A DNA stretch of 40,018 nucleotides from Bugula neritina (taxonomy: Eukaryota > Animalia > Bryozoa). The notes under the pieces are model-generated. The model was not told where the DNA came from. It worked only from the letters and a program-made list of their open reading frames with translations, and searched no databases. The position numbers and the translations under genes were made by a program. The stretch covers positions 26,011-66,028 of the forward strand of contig CAXIUT010000277.1 in NCBI GenBank assembly GCA_964035545.1, read 5' to 3'. This document shows, piece by piece, positions 13,371-26,601 of the stretch; the first letter of the stretch is position 1, and every line of letters begins with the position of its first letter.

Positions 13371-14123
13371 TCATTTTATTTACTTCTAGTAATGTTAATT
13401 AATAAACTTCCACTTATTTCCAATCCATTCTTTGATCTTCCCCAACTGCCTGATATCCATCTAATGCCCAAACTAATAACTCTAATAATCAACCATCAAC
13501 TCCTGATCCAATAACACCCTATAACTATTTCTGGCCTAGTTCTATTTGACTATTTGATCTTTTTTACCGTGCATTAACAAAATAGGCAATTTCGTTGTAT
13601 TTGTCATTGATGTCGAATTGAGAAGGTAGCCGCTTGATGATATTATTCCTGCTGGTGTGTTGGGTGTAGATAGACCGTAGTAGAGAGATAGGACTGCTCC
13701 TTGGCTGAAACCGCCAACGAATATTCTGTGTTGCGGGTTGATATTGCTCTATAGATCTTGCTATTGCCAATACTACTATTCTTCTTTGGTGTATTTGGCT
13801 ATTATGTCAGTTGCTTGGTTTAGTTGTCGGAAGTCGTAGATTTGGTTTTAGGGCAAATTGAATCTTTTCTATGATTTGAGGTCGAACCATGCGTTTGTTT
13901 ATTACTGGGTGAGTGAGAGGTATCTTTTCGGACTGTGGAGGAGTTTTATGCGACAGGAGTGGTAGAGAGGGGAGTTGAGGTGGGTGAAAAAGGAAAGGAA
14001 TGAGGTTTGATTGTCGTTGATGCCATGTAGCCAGATAAGAGAATGGGTTGGTTTCTTGTGAGTTAGAGTTATGGAGAGGTCAGAAGGGTTTTTTAGTATT
14101 TTTGGGAGTTTTAGAGATTTCAT
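13371..14123 (-). CDS. Acyl-protein thioesterase / lysophospholipase-like carboxylesterase
   Basis: Motifs IWLHG, AWFDL, GGFSQG, SGY, HGKKD and GH; 250 aa. Confidence 0.93.
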
Positions 14124-14806
14124 TGAGATTAGATATGGTTTAGTTGAGTTAGTTATGGTATTATTATTAAATATGATAATATTGCTATTGATATTGCTAT
14201 TGTTATTAAGGGTGTAATATTTATTTAAAAGGGATGTTAATAAATTACTTAAATAATAATAATTGCGTTAAAATAATAGAATATATTATGATATTGACTA
14301 GTATTATAATTAATATGAATTTTAGATTAACTTAATAAGATATTTTATATTTTTTCAGTATTTCCTTCATAAAGTTATCCAAAAAGAAACTCTAGCCCAC
14401 CTAAATACGATAATATCATCATTCTAACACAATTATCATATAATATCAACAATACAACACTTTTATTTCTTTTTAATATTCCAAAAGATCAAATCTATGC
14501 ATAATTTTCAAACCATGCCAACCATCATTCTCATAAATAGTAACATATTTATCAAGTTAACTACTATTAAAACCATATTCTTTATTATCTATTGAAAAAT
14601 CAGATGATTTTTAACTCAAAAGATCAACATAGATGTTCTCTATCTTCAAAAAATATCCCTTTTTTTACATATATCATTACTACTATTAACTAATATACAC
14701 CTCAAACTCTTTAGATCTACCTAATTATGATCATTATATATGCAATATCAATCCGCTGCATTTTTCAATTGAATAATAAAGACAAATGATAGATAAATGG
14801 ATTCAA

Positions 14807-15342
14807 TCAATCTTTGATTTTTCTGGTGATGATGGTATAGAATTAGTCGTTAGAGACCAATCCATCGCAATCAGTGTCAGCTCTGGTGATGAGTTCATCG
14901 ATTTAAGCATTGCTGATATCTTAGCCTAGATCTTGAGCAACTCTTCTTAGATTTTTGGCTGAAATAAAGCCTGTCCTTTAGTCGTCGTAAAGAGCAAATA
15001 TTTTATCGATGTTGGCTCTTGAATCTTTGTCGTTGACTCTTTTTGTCATCAAAGTCACCCATTCTCCAAAGTCGATTGTCCCATTCCCGTCAGCATCCAA
15101 GTCAGATATCATCTGGAAAATAGCTGCACTTTTTGATTCAAAGCCCAATGAAGTCATAGCTGCTTTAAGTTCTAAGTAAAAGAGGTATTACCTTTGATAT
15201 CGATTGACCCTCCTTGGTCGGTATCGAAGAGGTCGAAGGCAGCTTTGATCGAGGTGACTTCTTCTTATGTGATTCCGTTTTTGGCAAATGCTTTAGGATC
15301 GAAACCTGATTTAGCTGGTGCTGGGGCCTTTACTTTGCTCAT
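14807..15342 (-). CDS. Centrin (ciliate infraciliary-lattice-like type), 4 EF-hands; intron 15172-15191
   Basis: [49 protein letters not shown]; 171 aa. Confidence 0.95.
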
Positions 15343-15513
15343 TAAAGATATATTAGACGGGATTAAATTAATAAAATATAAACAACGAAATAAAAACTAC
15401 TAAAGTTATAAATCTAATATAATAATAATAAAATTATCAATATAAAGAAAAATAAGTACTACTAGTATTAAATATTAAATCCAACAACTAACTCAAATAT
15501 TATATGCATAAAA

Positions 15514-16822
15514 ATGAACCGCCTTTTATTATATTTGATAACATATTTAAATCCTCCCTTTTCTTCAATTCCCATATTTTTAGCACTATATTGATAACAA
15601 GAATGGGTATTTGCTAAAAATAGCCAATATCGAATATCTCCACTAGATAGACTGCGATACAATAGCGTTAGATAGATGCGCATAATGCAATAAAAAAATA
15701 ACAAACCAATATTGTCTACCTCTATCTATCAGATTTAACAACTTGTTTTCAACTACAATACTTTAAACCACCACTCCCTTCCTCTAACTAAGAACTTGCG
15801 GACATACAGTCCATCAAAACTGTTTATCTAAAAATTATATAAACCAATGATAAAGTTGTACCTTGCTAGCTATGTGGCTATGAAAGCAATTGGTTTTTAC
15901 CACTGTATGTTTTGGAAATATAGCAAAAAGACAAAATCAATATTTATGGATAGTTTCTCTAGAATTTTAATATCAAATTAGGCCGTTTGTTTCCTATCTA
16001 GTACAATCATGTCCTTGATGTGCATTAATAGGGTTAATTTGGTATCGATCAATTGCTATTCATGTCGATGGCATCGATAATGGCTGTTATCCTTTTGCTA
16101 ACTGGCAATATTTTACTACCAACCAGTACTACATTATTAAATTTTTTATTAGTTGTTTTAAAAGCATTATAGTGGTTATAAATAGTTGCCTTTTGAAAGT
16201 AGTATAGAAATGAAAAAGAGTCAATTTACTAAAATATCTAGTACAATTGCTATCGCCTGGAAATAGCTATCATATCTCATGCCAGTAGCACTGTGATCAG
16301 ACACGAGAAACGAAGGAGATAGGAGGATCAATGACAAAATCATCAATGTGTATGATTAGATCTATCGCAATTGAAAAGGTAGTAGTTGATTCCTGAGTTG
16401 AGAACTTCATTTAAGAACGTGCATTATCCTAAAATAATAAATTCTATTTTATTACATCCCTCAAAATCACTGTATGAACTGCAATAGACCAGAAAGATCT
16501 GTCACAGTTGCCTCAAAATGACAAAATCATTCAAAATGTGCATAATATGCAAAACGTGTCATGCTTCTCTTGCCAACCCAGTGAAAGATATCATATTGAG
16601 TAGTATCATGATGGCGAGGGTGTTTTTTTGGATAATAGTAAGGGGGCGGTTATATATTGCAGTGGAGGTCGATTCGGGTTGATGAGGTTGGTGTATCATG
16701 ATGTGTTGGAGGGGAAAGGCAAAAAGGAGAGGTTTGCGCTTGTTGGGGAGAAGTGGGATTAGGTTGTGAGAGATGTGTTGTGTGGGCGGGTAAGTAAAGT
16801 TGTTAGGTGTAGTGATTGGTGA
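15514..16822 (+). CDS. UBR1-like RING plus C-terminal domain protein with no UBR box; several frameshifts (errors or pseudogene); start uncertain
   Basis: CAEC...RTCGHTVHQNC...CELCGYESNWFLPL. The C-terminal C..C..CH..C..C segment and W..VV.DVLC mirror the downstream gene. Confidence 0.6.
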
Positions 16823-17179
16823 TCTAGTATTATGTTGTTATTATTAAATTTTAATAAGTATTTATTATTTGATGTATTTTAATCAATCAATTACCTTTTA
16901 ACTTCTTTTAAGTTTCTTTTATAGTTTTTTAGCTTGATTTAATCAATTATACCATGTAAATAAAATATGATTTATTCTTATTAAAATACGAAAATAGTAG
17001 AATTAATATCTCTTTTTCATAATATTTTTATCACTATTTAAACAATTCTATAACCATAACTTATCAACATCAATATGATATAAAAATGGCTATCAATTAT
17101 TGACTCTTTTTTGCCTAATAAAACACCTCTATTCTTATATGCTCCCAACATAAACGAAATAAATATTAATTCTTTATTA

Positions 17180-20100
17180 ATGGGCAGTTCAAATCAGAAG
17201 TAATCCCAGTAGACAAAAATAAAAGACGACCAAACAACTCCAGCGATCATATAGCAAGCTCACCTCATCAGTCCTCGTCTCCACAAACTAACTCAATGCA
17301 TCATCAACTGCATCACATCATAAAAATACGACCAAATAACACAGTAGCTCAAAGGAATGACCTACTCGCTCCCTCGTGATGGATTTCCTCTGTGCATGTC
17401 GACTGTTTCTGAATGTATTTATATCGATGAGATAGATTATCAGGATTAGAAAGGGCTGGAGGTGATTTGTCCCTAGTGCTATGGCAATTTCAAGATGCAG
17501 GATTAAAGGTTGAGTATAATAGAAGGAGAGGAGAAGATATGCGGGTGTGGCAACAGATAAATCAAAGGAGCGATTTGTCGGGAACACCAGGGTGGAAAAT
17601 AATAGTGGATGAGTAGAGTGAGAAGTTGTTGAAATAGTAAATAAAATTTTTATTTAATTTAGTGCTTAATATGAAGAACTCACTGAAGTAGTCAAAACTA
17701 ACATAAGAGAAGTTATTTAAGCTAGTATAGATACTACTAAATTACATAAACAATTTATGCATAAAAAGCAATACTACATCAAAATTGATAATGTAGATAG
17801 TAACCCAGCATCCATAGCAAATCCAATAGAAAACAATATTCTAGTAGTTAGTTCTATATTCTGGTGTTGAAGAGCTAATGCCTGAAATAAGTCTTATGCT
17901 CTAGAATTTTATAAAAACTGATGCGTAGAAAGAGAAGTTGGTGATGTTGAAATATAAGTATTTGACTACAAGTCATCCGATTGGTTTGGAGGTGGTCAAA
18001 GTGATGGAAAGTGTTGGGTTGACTTGCCAATGTTTCCCGTAATCCTATCTCAAATACTACCAAAAATAGATAAAAGTTGTAATGGAGAAATTGGATGTGA
18101 GTAATTTATAGTAGGTGGCTAATAAATATGAATCTCTCTACAAATAGTTATAAAGTTTATTAGACCATTAAAAAAGTTCATTTATATTTTATAGCATCTT
18201 CATGCAGACTAAATTAGTCAACATATTCAACTTCTAGCCATACTACGTCAACAACTACTAGGCGAGTGACTAGATCAACAATATTACTTTGCATTACTCT
18301 TTTATTTTTATTGAAGCGGTGAGGATGTTAAGAAAACAGTCTGACGGAAAATAGATTTTATAGGGATTTTTAAAAGAGTGTTATCATCAGATGGTCAATC
18401 GAGACAGTCAAACTTTTAATCGAGTCTATGAGAGGTTGTTTTCTGGAATAGTTTTTTGCTATTGGAATAATAACATCCCCTCGCGTTAGGAGTTAACTCA
18501 AATAGTGGGGTAGATGAGGACAGAGGATGTGATTAATCTGATTATCAATTTTGTACAATTTCGCATCCTTTCAGCCAATTAATATTCATAGCTGATTATC
18601 AATTGCGGAATTAGTGGACGGCAGGGTCGCAACATCGCTCCCATGGAAATACTCGCCTTGGATTAATACTATCTCAAAATACTGATGTCTTTACTGGATC
18701 GAGGATAGATCAGGATATTGTATCAGTAGTATATCAATCCTCGACTGGGAGACTGGATATCGAAAAACCAGTTGGATTCAAGCAATATCAAAGACCATCT
18801 GCGTACTCTATCGTAATTTTTATCAATAGTCATGTCGAGTATCACATCTGCTCTGTCTGAGATGATATTGAAAGTAAATTAGAGTTCACTAGAGACATAG
18901 GACTACAAAATGATGGGGAATTTGCTGTGGATTTTTGAGAATGGAGATTCTGGGTAGTTTAAAAATTATTTATCTAAATTTGTTGAGGAGTAATATCGGG
19001 TTATTGGTTTTATTAAGAAATAGAGTGTGATTGATAATAAAAAAATAAAGTTGAAGGGGTAGTTGTAGACAAAGTCCTGCTATTTAGTAATTCTAAATAT
19101 TTGCCTTAGTAGATGTAGTATTAACAGTATTAGAAAATAATCGGTTCTAGTATAATATATAAAAATTAGCTGCTTGACAACTGCTGCAACGATGGCACTC
19201 TGCGTTAGATTTTATAGATATACAAAAAATGTGCAATATTGATTTCAAACAATTCCTTCTAGCACAAAAAATACCAAAAAGAAATATCTTTATCTATCTA
19301 GATACTATGCAATATCTACATGCTAACGAAATCATCATAAATATATTAAATAATTGATGTTTTAGGCAAGAAAGTTACTCGTTTATAGCCTAAGATACAA
19401 ATATTTTTTAGGAAGATATTCGACAGGGAAATGGTGGATGAAGGAGATGGCAATAAATAAAAAATATAAAAAAAGAAAAGAAGCTATAAGCTATCAAGTA
19501 AAAACAAAACAAATGTTACTAATACATAAAGTTAGTAAAGATAAACTCGATCTCTAATGCATCTTCTGCAAAAACTCATAAGAAGGATAACCCTATCTGC
19601 TTGGCCATTTCCGCTATAACAACTTCTACTCCAAGAAAGTACTACAAATGGATGTGCCCTTCATGTAGTTTACGACCTGTGGACATTCAGCGCATTAGAA
19701 GTGTTTGACTGAGATGCATAAGGGGGAGTTAGAATATGGTATCCTTGCATCCTTTGCAAATCTATTACCAATATATTGCTTCCTCTTAATGCTGCCTAGT
19801 TGAGCGATGAGAAACGGTTTGGAAAGATACTTGATTTTTTGAAGAATTTTGCAGCTACTTACACCTTCTTTTTCTAGAATAGAAAGCCTTTGGTGTAATT
19901 TGAGTCAATGATATAACTGGAGTGTATAAACTACTATTTAAGACACTGATATACTCACTAACTATCTACCCGATAGTGAATTACTCATATTTCCAAAGAA
20001 ACCAATTTCCAGTGTTGAAATTTATCTATGATTTACTATTTTTTACTCATAAAAAAGTAAAAAATCTAACTTTCAGTGCAAATTACTAGCTAAAAGATAA

Positions 20101-20721
20101 AAATGAACTAACGAATGTCTTTTACTATCACAGATACCAACTATAATTCATGATATTGAATGATTTTAGCAATATGCCTTTGCAGAGGAAGGTAGACGAA
20201 TACAGAGACACATTATAAGAGTAACTGACTGCATTATACGACTAGATATCTTAAAACTTGAGTGGTTAGAAAGAATCTTTTGATATTTAGTTCAAATAGG
20301 GTAGATATAGCGAGATGATAAAGGGAAGGATATTCAAGCCACCAAAAGATCTGTCATAGTTGCGATCATTAAAGAAACAATGTAGTAGTTGCAAGGCTAC
20401 ATCTGACAACTTCTTTATCTGTTTGTTATGTTAGTAGAGTTACTGTGGTAAATGCAAAGATGTCAGCAAGGTGCATGCGGTAGAGGAGCATTTGGGTGAG
20501 ACAGTGTTTATTAATGGATATAGTGGGGAGTATTCTTATATGCATGAGGAGTTGACAGGGAATTTTAGTTCTATTTATGTGGATTATTTGGGACATGAGG
20601 CAAGGGTAAAAAGAATGTGCTGAAAGGATAGTTTACATTGAATGAGAGTGGCTGGAGCAAGATTGTTAATGATGTAGTTTGCGATAGAATTCATAAGGAA
20701 GTGATGAGAATCAAAGGATGA
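17180..20721 (+). CDS. Divergent UBR1/N-recognin-like E3 ligase (degenerate UBR box, RING, C-terminal domain); multiple frameshifts
   Basis: ICPECY...CGCGN...CREH, then CIFC...TTCGHSAHEKC...CILCKSITNILLP, then C-terminal SIYVDYLG and LNESGW. Confidence 0.75.
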
Positions 20722-20877
20722 TTTGTGTGGTTTATTTATAATTGATTATTAGTTTTTGATTATGGTTATAATATGGAATGGACAAGAGTGATAGATTAAG
20801 CTATTTTACTGAACAACTTATGAAAAATATTCCGATTAAATAAATAATTTTATGATATTTACTAGTTTTTATCATTA

Positions 20878-21701
20878 TCAATGAGAATTTCTAGTGTAAT
20901 CTCTTCCTCTTCTTCTTTGAAATGGTCCAATAGAAGGCTAATCATGTCTTTCAGAACCTTTACTTTTTTAGGCTTATTTATCATATTTATACATCTATAA
21001 CCAATGGTCTGTTGTTGAACTCGCCTTAGTTGTCATAGGTATATTCTGCTGGGTTCTTTTCTTGTAAAATGTTTGGCAGATATACCATTAGCTGGCAATA
21101 ACCTAATCAACTAAAATATTTTTTAATTATTCAATATGTTACATAATACTGATCTTTCTTCAAAATTTCCACGAACAAGATCTAAACCATTATAATAAGC
21201 AGCCTATATTAAGTACTAGCTTACACCAATTAGTCCTATTTTGACAGCAGAACGGATAACTATCGACCATTATTTAATATTTTTTGGATATTATTTTATT
21301 TTCATCCATTCTTTGTTCTAAGTTATCACTTGTCCTCCATTCTGAGTTAAAAGTTTGACACAAAATCCAATGTTAATTTTATTTTGCAAATTGAATCCAT
21401 TTATAATCCGATGATAAACTTTCCACCCAATTTTAGTTTGATGCTAATGCTCGAATCGACTACGAATCGAATTGATTAATATCTGTCTGAATATCATTCT
21501 AAATATTATTGATTTTTCATACTTGAATATCTAGATACTTTTAAGTATTTTATTGATGATGATAGTGAAGACTATTGGGATATTTATTTATTCTTTTTCT
21601 TAGTAGTTTTATCTGAATAAGTTTTTATCGTTTCTTCTTTTGGATATTTTTTAGATTCTTTATTTGAACGCATTGAATAATTTTTTGATAAGTTTTCCCA
21701 T
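20878..21701 (-). CDS. Hypothetical protein, 3' end uncertain
   Basis: Frame of ~220 codons from ATG (MGKLIKKLFNAFKE...). The 3' frame is ambiguous. Confidence 0.45.
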
Positions 21702-21818
21702 CTATCTAATCAATATCAAAGATAATATAAAATCTTAATTTCTATCATGTATTAGTAAATATTAATCTCTAAAATAGCCAATTTAATTCATATTTTATCA
21801 AAGATTATCAAAATCAAT

Positions 21819-23124
21819 TCAGTTGCTTAACCTTATCTCTACTTCAAGACCATCTCCTTCTACTTACTTTCTTATTATCCTTCAACACATTCTTCATCTG
21901 ATTTATTCCCTCCAATCAAATTCTCAACTATATTATTGCGACTCATCTCACCAGTTATCTGCTAACTACTACCAAAACCAACCTTCAAATCTACCTTTTC
22001 CTTCAACTTATTATCTTTATTACTTTGTTTCTCTTATTTTATCTATTTTTATGAAAAACAATCTTAGTACTTTTTAGCTATAAATGCGCCAACAAACAAA
22101 ACAACCAAACCATATCACATGGACAGGCACAGTAAATACTGATAGCTGCATGATGGCAGGTCCTGGACATAGACCAGCTATCCCCCAACCCAGTCCAAAC
22201 AAGCAGAACCAATGACTAACTTGCAATCGATGTTGTTTTTGTTTGGATTGAATAAATTTCTTCCCAAAAAAGACATCTTTCTATAAATATCATAAAATAT
22301 ACTTTATTCTGATCATATAACTAAAAAGCAAGTAGATTGACAATAACTCCACAACCTAAAACAAACAACAAAGATGGATTCCAGTCATTGCCGATCCCCA
22401 AAAACCCAAGAATATTGCTTCTTCTCACCATACCAGCTGTCAACAGTCCCAGCCCGAAAACTAAACCTGTCAGAAAGTTATCAACTGCTATCTGAATATC
22501 TAGCATAGTGATAACTTGTCATCTTGGGTCATAAAACCACCGATAATTGGTAATAATATTCCAATAGCTATGCATATATTTGATGAGACCCAGTGGTTGT
22601 ATTATAGATTTGGGTTCAGTTACTAGTCGCTGAAGGGACCTAAACCAGTATGATACCTCAGTGTTGATATAGATATGCCGCATATAAGAAATACTATGAC
22701 TGCAACTAAAGATCTTATGCTCAATCTGGCCAATCCGCACAATCCATGTCCGCTGGTACATCCATTGCCCATTTTGGTGCCAAAACCCACTAGAAGACCA
22801 GCCAACCCGTATCCAATATAAGATGTTCCTTAGGTGATCTTGTCTTTTAAGCCAAAAGGAGTAAAATTATTAGAGGTATCATATTGAAAAATATCAAAAA
22901 AATAAACCTGATGCTAACAGCATACCACCTATAATTCCCAATTTCTATGGAATATCATCTATGTTTTAAAGATCTTTACCTCTCTGCCAGAAAAAGATGC
23001 CATAGATGGTACCACTCATTCCTGTAACCTTGCCTCTCAGACAGTAGTTGAGAGATGTAGCCAGGCCAAGGATAATACCGCCGATAGCTGCGTAGTAGAA
23101 TGGATTTTAGTCGGTTACTACCAT
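21819..23124 (-). CDS. Fused YeeE/YedE-family sulfur-compound transporter; introns 22959-22979 and ~22281-22302; frameshifts present
   Basis: [45 protein letters not shown] and [15 protein letters not shown]. Confidence 0.9.
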
Positions 23125-23167
23125 CGGGAAAATATTAAATAAGCGTTAATTATTGTCGTATTAACAA

Positions 23168-24311
23168 TCACATTTATTTGGTTACCTCATCCAATAGCGT
23201 CTTTATGTACATCAACTATTCTGTCATCTTCTGGTTTTATACTGTGAGCGTATCACGGTCATTATTCAATTTTTATATTAAAGTTTTCATTTGCTAGTGT
23301 ATGTCATGCATCTTGACAAGTTACCCCTCTTTCATCTTGATAGTCGAACCAACTAAAATAGATATTAAAAGTACTTTAGATCAGTATTTCACCTTTGCCT
23401 TGCTTTAAAGCCTAGTAGTCTTAGAGTATTTTCTTGATCTAATCGCCTTTTGAAGCATTGTCTTCGATTCCCTTTAGTAGATCTTCACTTTTCAATGTGT
23501 TCTAGATAAATTAATCTAAGTTAAAAGCTTTTTAGAATTTTTATATCTTCTATTGAGTTTATTCATAGATCTTTTTTAGTTTTTACAATTTATCCACATA
23601 CTATCCCTCTGAAATAGATAGTTAATTTACTTATTTACTAGGTGTATTTGCTCAAAACAGTAGCACTATCTTTGATCTCACCTTTCATTCCTTCATTGAT
23701 CCTCTCAATCTCCTTACTCTTCTCCTATGCAATAGGTATCAACTCCTTCACCTTCAACAACTTCTATAAACCTCATTATACTTTTTAGCGCATAACTGAT
23801 TAGTTCTAGTGAGCATTTTTAGTCACTTTTTACAGTTATGCTGTATATTTACTCCGCACCAACTGGATGCTATCTTTAAACTGCTCTAATCTCTTCCTTT
23901 AGTCTTTTTATATTGAAACCAACTAAGTTAAATCAAATAAACCTGTTCTTTCAAAGCTTTGTTCTCTATTAGTAAATTCTACACCTATTTATTCAAATAC
24001 ATATCTTCCTGTTAGTTGATTACTGTCGATCCAGATGGTTGCACTTCCATCTAAACTACTTTTTTTTATTGTTTTATTTAGACTATTGTTTTGCCTGCTT
24101 GGTTTTTATTGGTTTATTGAACTTGTTGTGTTTGTGCAGGTTGTATTTTGGTTGTATTTTAAGCTATATAGATGGAAGTCATACTTGCAACTGCTTTTAA
24201 ACCATTTTTTAATCCCTCCATTCTTTTTTTAAACTAGTTTCTTTTGCTCTACCTTTCACCTCTTCCCTTCTGAAAGCCATCAATCAGCTCCTAGATATTT
24301 TCTTTCTTCAT
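23168..24311 (-). CDS. Coiled-coil hypothetical protein with several short introns (e.g. 23923-23942)
   Basis: E/K-rich heptad sequence under TAR=Glu with GT-AG 20-22-mers. Confidence 0.65.
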
Positions 24312-24339
24312 GCCAGTCAAATAACTAATACAAATTACA

Positions 24340-24402
24340 TATATTCAAATCCTATAATCAAATATTCACATCCTATAATCAAATATTCAAATATTCTATA
24401 AT
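24340..24402. repeat. 21-nt tandem repeat, ~3 copies, intergenic
   Basis: atattcaaatcctataatcaa / atattcacatcctataatcaa / atattcaaatattctataat. Confidence 0.75.
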
Positions 24403-24439
24403 AAAAAATATCTTTAAATAACAATATCCAAACAGACAA

Positions 24440-25650
24440 TCATTCTTTATTTTAATACTTCAAACTAAAGTTAACTTTAGGCAAATTACCAACCACTTGC
24501 GTCGACAACCTCTTCCCCCCTCGACTCCTACCTTTCCGACTGAACAACCGTTCATACAGGTAAACCAACACATCTTCATTCGATATAATCTTGATCAATA
24601 GTCTCAATTTATCCTCTTTTTTAAAATCAGCTAAAGTACAATACTCAATCTTCTTCCTTATTCTGATTTACCGTTTTAAATCTTAAACACAAGTCACAAA
24701 AAAATCTTATAACTCACTTTGTCGTTATACTATTCTTGTGTGTTAGGTTACCAGTCTTTGGTTACGTTTTTTTAGTTATTTATTTTGTTTTTATAGAGTC
24801 TATTGACGAAAAGATACGTCTCTGCTTTTGATAAATAAATTTTTATTGAAATCTACTGTTACTGATTTAAATGATCCCATCTACTTTACCTTCTACATGG
24901 TTTATGTGCGACCTTTATTGATAAAACTGTCTTTTTTTGTTATTTCTGTCAATAAGACTGTCTAGCCATTTTACTAATTTTACTATTCTTATTTTTATTT
25001 TTTTATGGCAAGAGCTAGTCCTTTTTCTCTGACGTTTTGTTTGACAGTTTCTTGTAGGACTTTCATTTATTTTCTATACATTTAATTCATCAATCCTAAA
25101 TTTCTTATTTTTTTATCTTTTTCAACCATATTTTTAAACATCTGGGATGACTACTGTTCTAGCTGATATACCTTTTTAACTAGTGATGACATCTTACCTT
25201 AATTCTAGTAATATAGAACTTTATCTCGTAATTATTAATTTACTTTATGTAAACTATTCATCTACTGCTATATTTTGCTCATATGCTGTTTATAGCTATC
25301 AACAAACCATGTTTCCTGAGCACCAAGCAGCCGATCTACTTTACTTTATAAATTATCTGTGAAATTGTCTAGCTATGATAAAGAACTAACTATCTTCAAC
25401 AAAGAATCCTATATAAAATAATAAATACTCGATATGTTTTTGTTTTTAGGGTAGGAATAACTGTTAATAAATGATTGCGAATTACTTTCTCTTGAGGAGG
25501 TACATCGAATCCCTATATAAAGAAGTCATAGGTTCCTGGACTCACTGCTTTACGTAACTATTGGGTTGATTCTAGCTTAGGTATAGGTTATGGCTTTGAT
25601 TGGATTAGAGGCTATGAATTTATTATGATTTGTTACTATTTGCCCTACAT
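24440..25650 (-). CDS. Coiled-coil hypothetical protein; intron 25409-25428; start uncertain (alternative 25740)
   Basis: KVDRLLGAQETWFVDSYKQHMSKIEQEM followed by a long helical region and a C-terminal YLYERLF segment. Confidence 0.65.
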
Positions 25651-25821
25651 CTTTTGATAAGTTTATTTATATGTAGTAATATATGATATCACTATTTTGT
25701 ATTTAGCTAGAAATGATATAGCTATTATGTGTTTATTCATGACATCACTCTTGTTTTAACTATTAATAGTATAACTCTATACAACATCATAATGATAGTG
25801 TTGATTTTGGATATTTAGCTT

Positions 25822-26559
25822 TCAATAAACAGTCGATCGACTCCTTTCTTCGATCTTTACTTCTGAATGCTATATTTTGCCATAATATACTTAATTATAC
25901 CAAAGTTTATGGTTATAATTTGAACGCCCATCGCTTGCTCTCCCCCAATTACTGGTAAATTAGGCCATCTATTTAAGATAAAAATAACATTTATAAGTGC
26001 AACTCACTGCCTCGAGGAAAATAGAGCTAGACCAGACAAGAAGCATCAGTTATTGGATTTTTCGCTATTTAATAAACAAAAGTACAGAGATTGATTTCTT
26101 ATAGGATAGGAAAATACCCTTTCCTCAAACTTCTAACACTAGTTATTCTATTAGTAACTGCATAAATAAATATAAACAAAGATTGATAACCTTCAAATTG
26201 GGTGCTATTAATTTGCTTAAAGCCTACACCGACTCAATCTGATTGCAAGCTACACTAACTTATAATTGTACATAGATATAGAGATTCCAAATATGTGAAT
26301 TTAGGACTTAATACCCTTTTGAGCATAATTTTGGTCTAATTGCTATCTGCTATAACTACAACTATACAGAAAGATAAAGATAATGTTCTTAGTTAAGATA
26401 TTGATTAAAAAATTATGTTCCAATCTTTTTGTTTGTATTGTCCTTTTTCTATTTTAGTATTTTGATACCAATTGCTACTCTCTTTTTGTTTAGAATTTAT
26501 GTGACGCTATCGACCAGTTATTAGTGTGATTAGTCGAGGAGTTACTTCAATGTGTACAT
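25822..26559 (-). CDS. Leucine-rich-repeat protein; phase-1 introns 26347-26367, 26250-26271, 26158-26177, 26065-26085
   Basis: Spliced product reads LESLYL-S-CNQIESVEALSKLIAPNLKVINL-F-TNRITSVRSLRKGYFPILEEINL-S-KNPITDA, matching LxxLxLxxNxI. Confidence 0.88.
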
Positions 26560-26601
26560 TAATAAGTATAAAAAATTAGATAAATTCGATAGTTTATTTG
26601 A

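Noticed and set aside
4701-15342. Standard ciliate code (UAR=Gln), or a split code with different meanings for UAA and UAG
   Set aside because: Each codon independently occupies invariant Glu positions, and conserved Gln sites use CAR.
8900-19740. Euplotes-like programmed +1 frameshifting at the stop codon
   Set aside because: No shared codon precedes the TGAs, shifts occur in both directions, and they sit at homopolymers.
15840-21040. TGA as Trp/Cys/Sec or context-dependent readthrough
   Set aside because: Homology resumes in a different frame after internal TGAs. Conserved Trp and Cys use TGG and TGY, and clean genes have no in-frame TGA.
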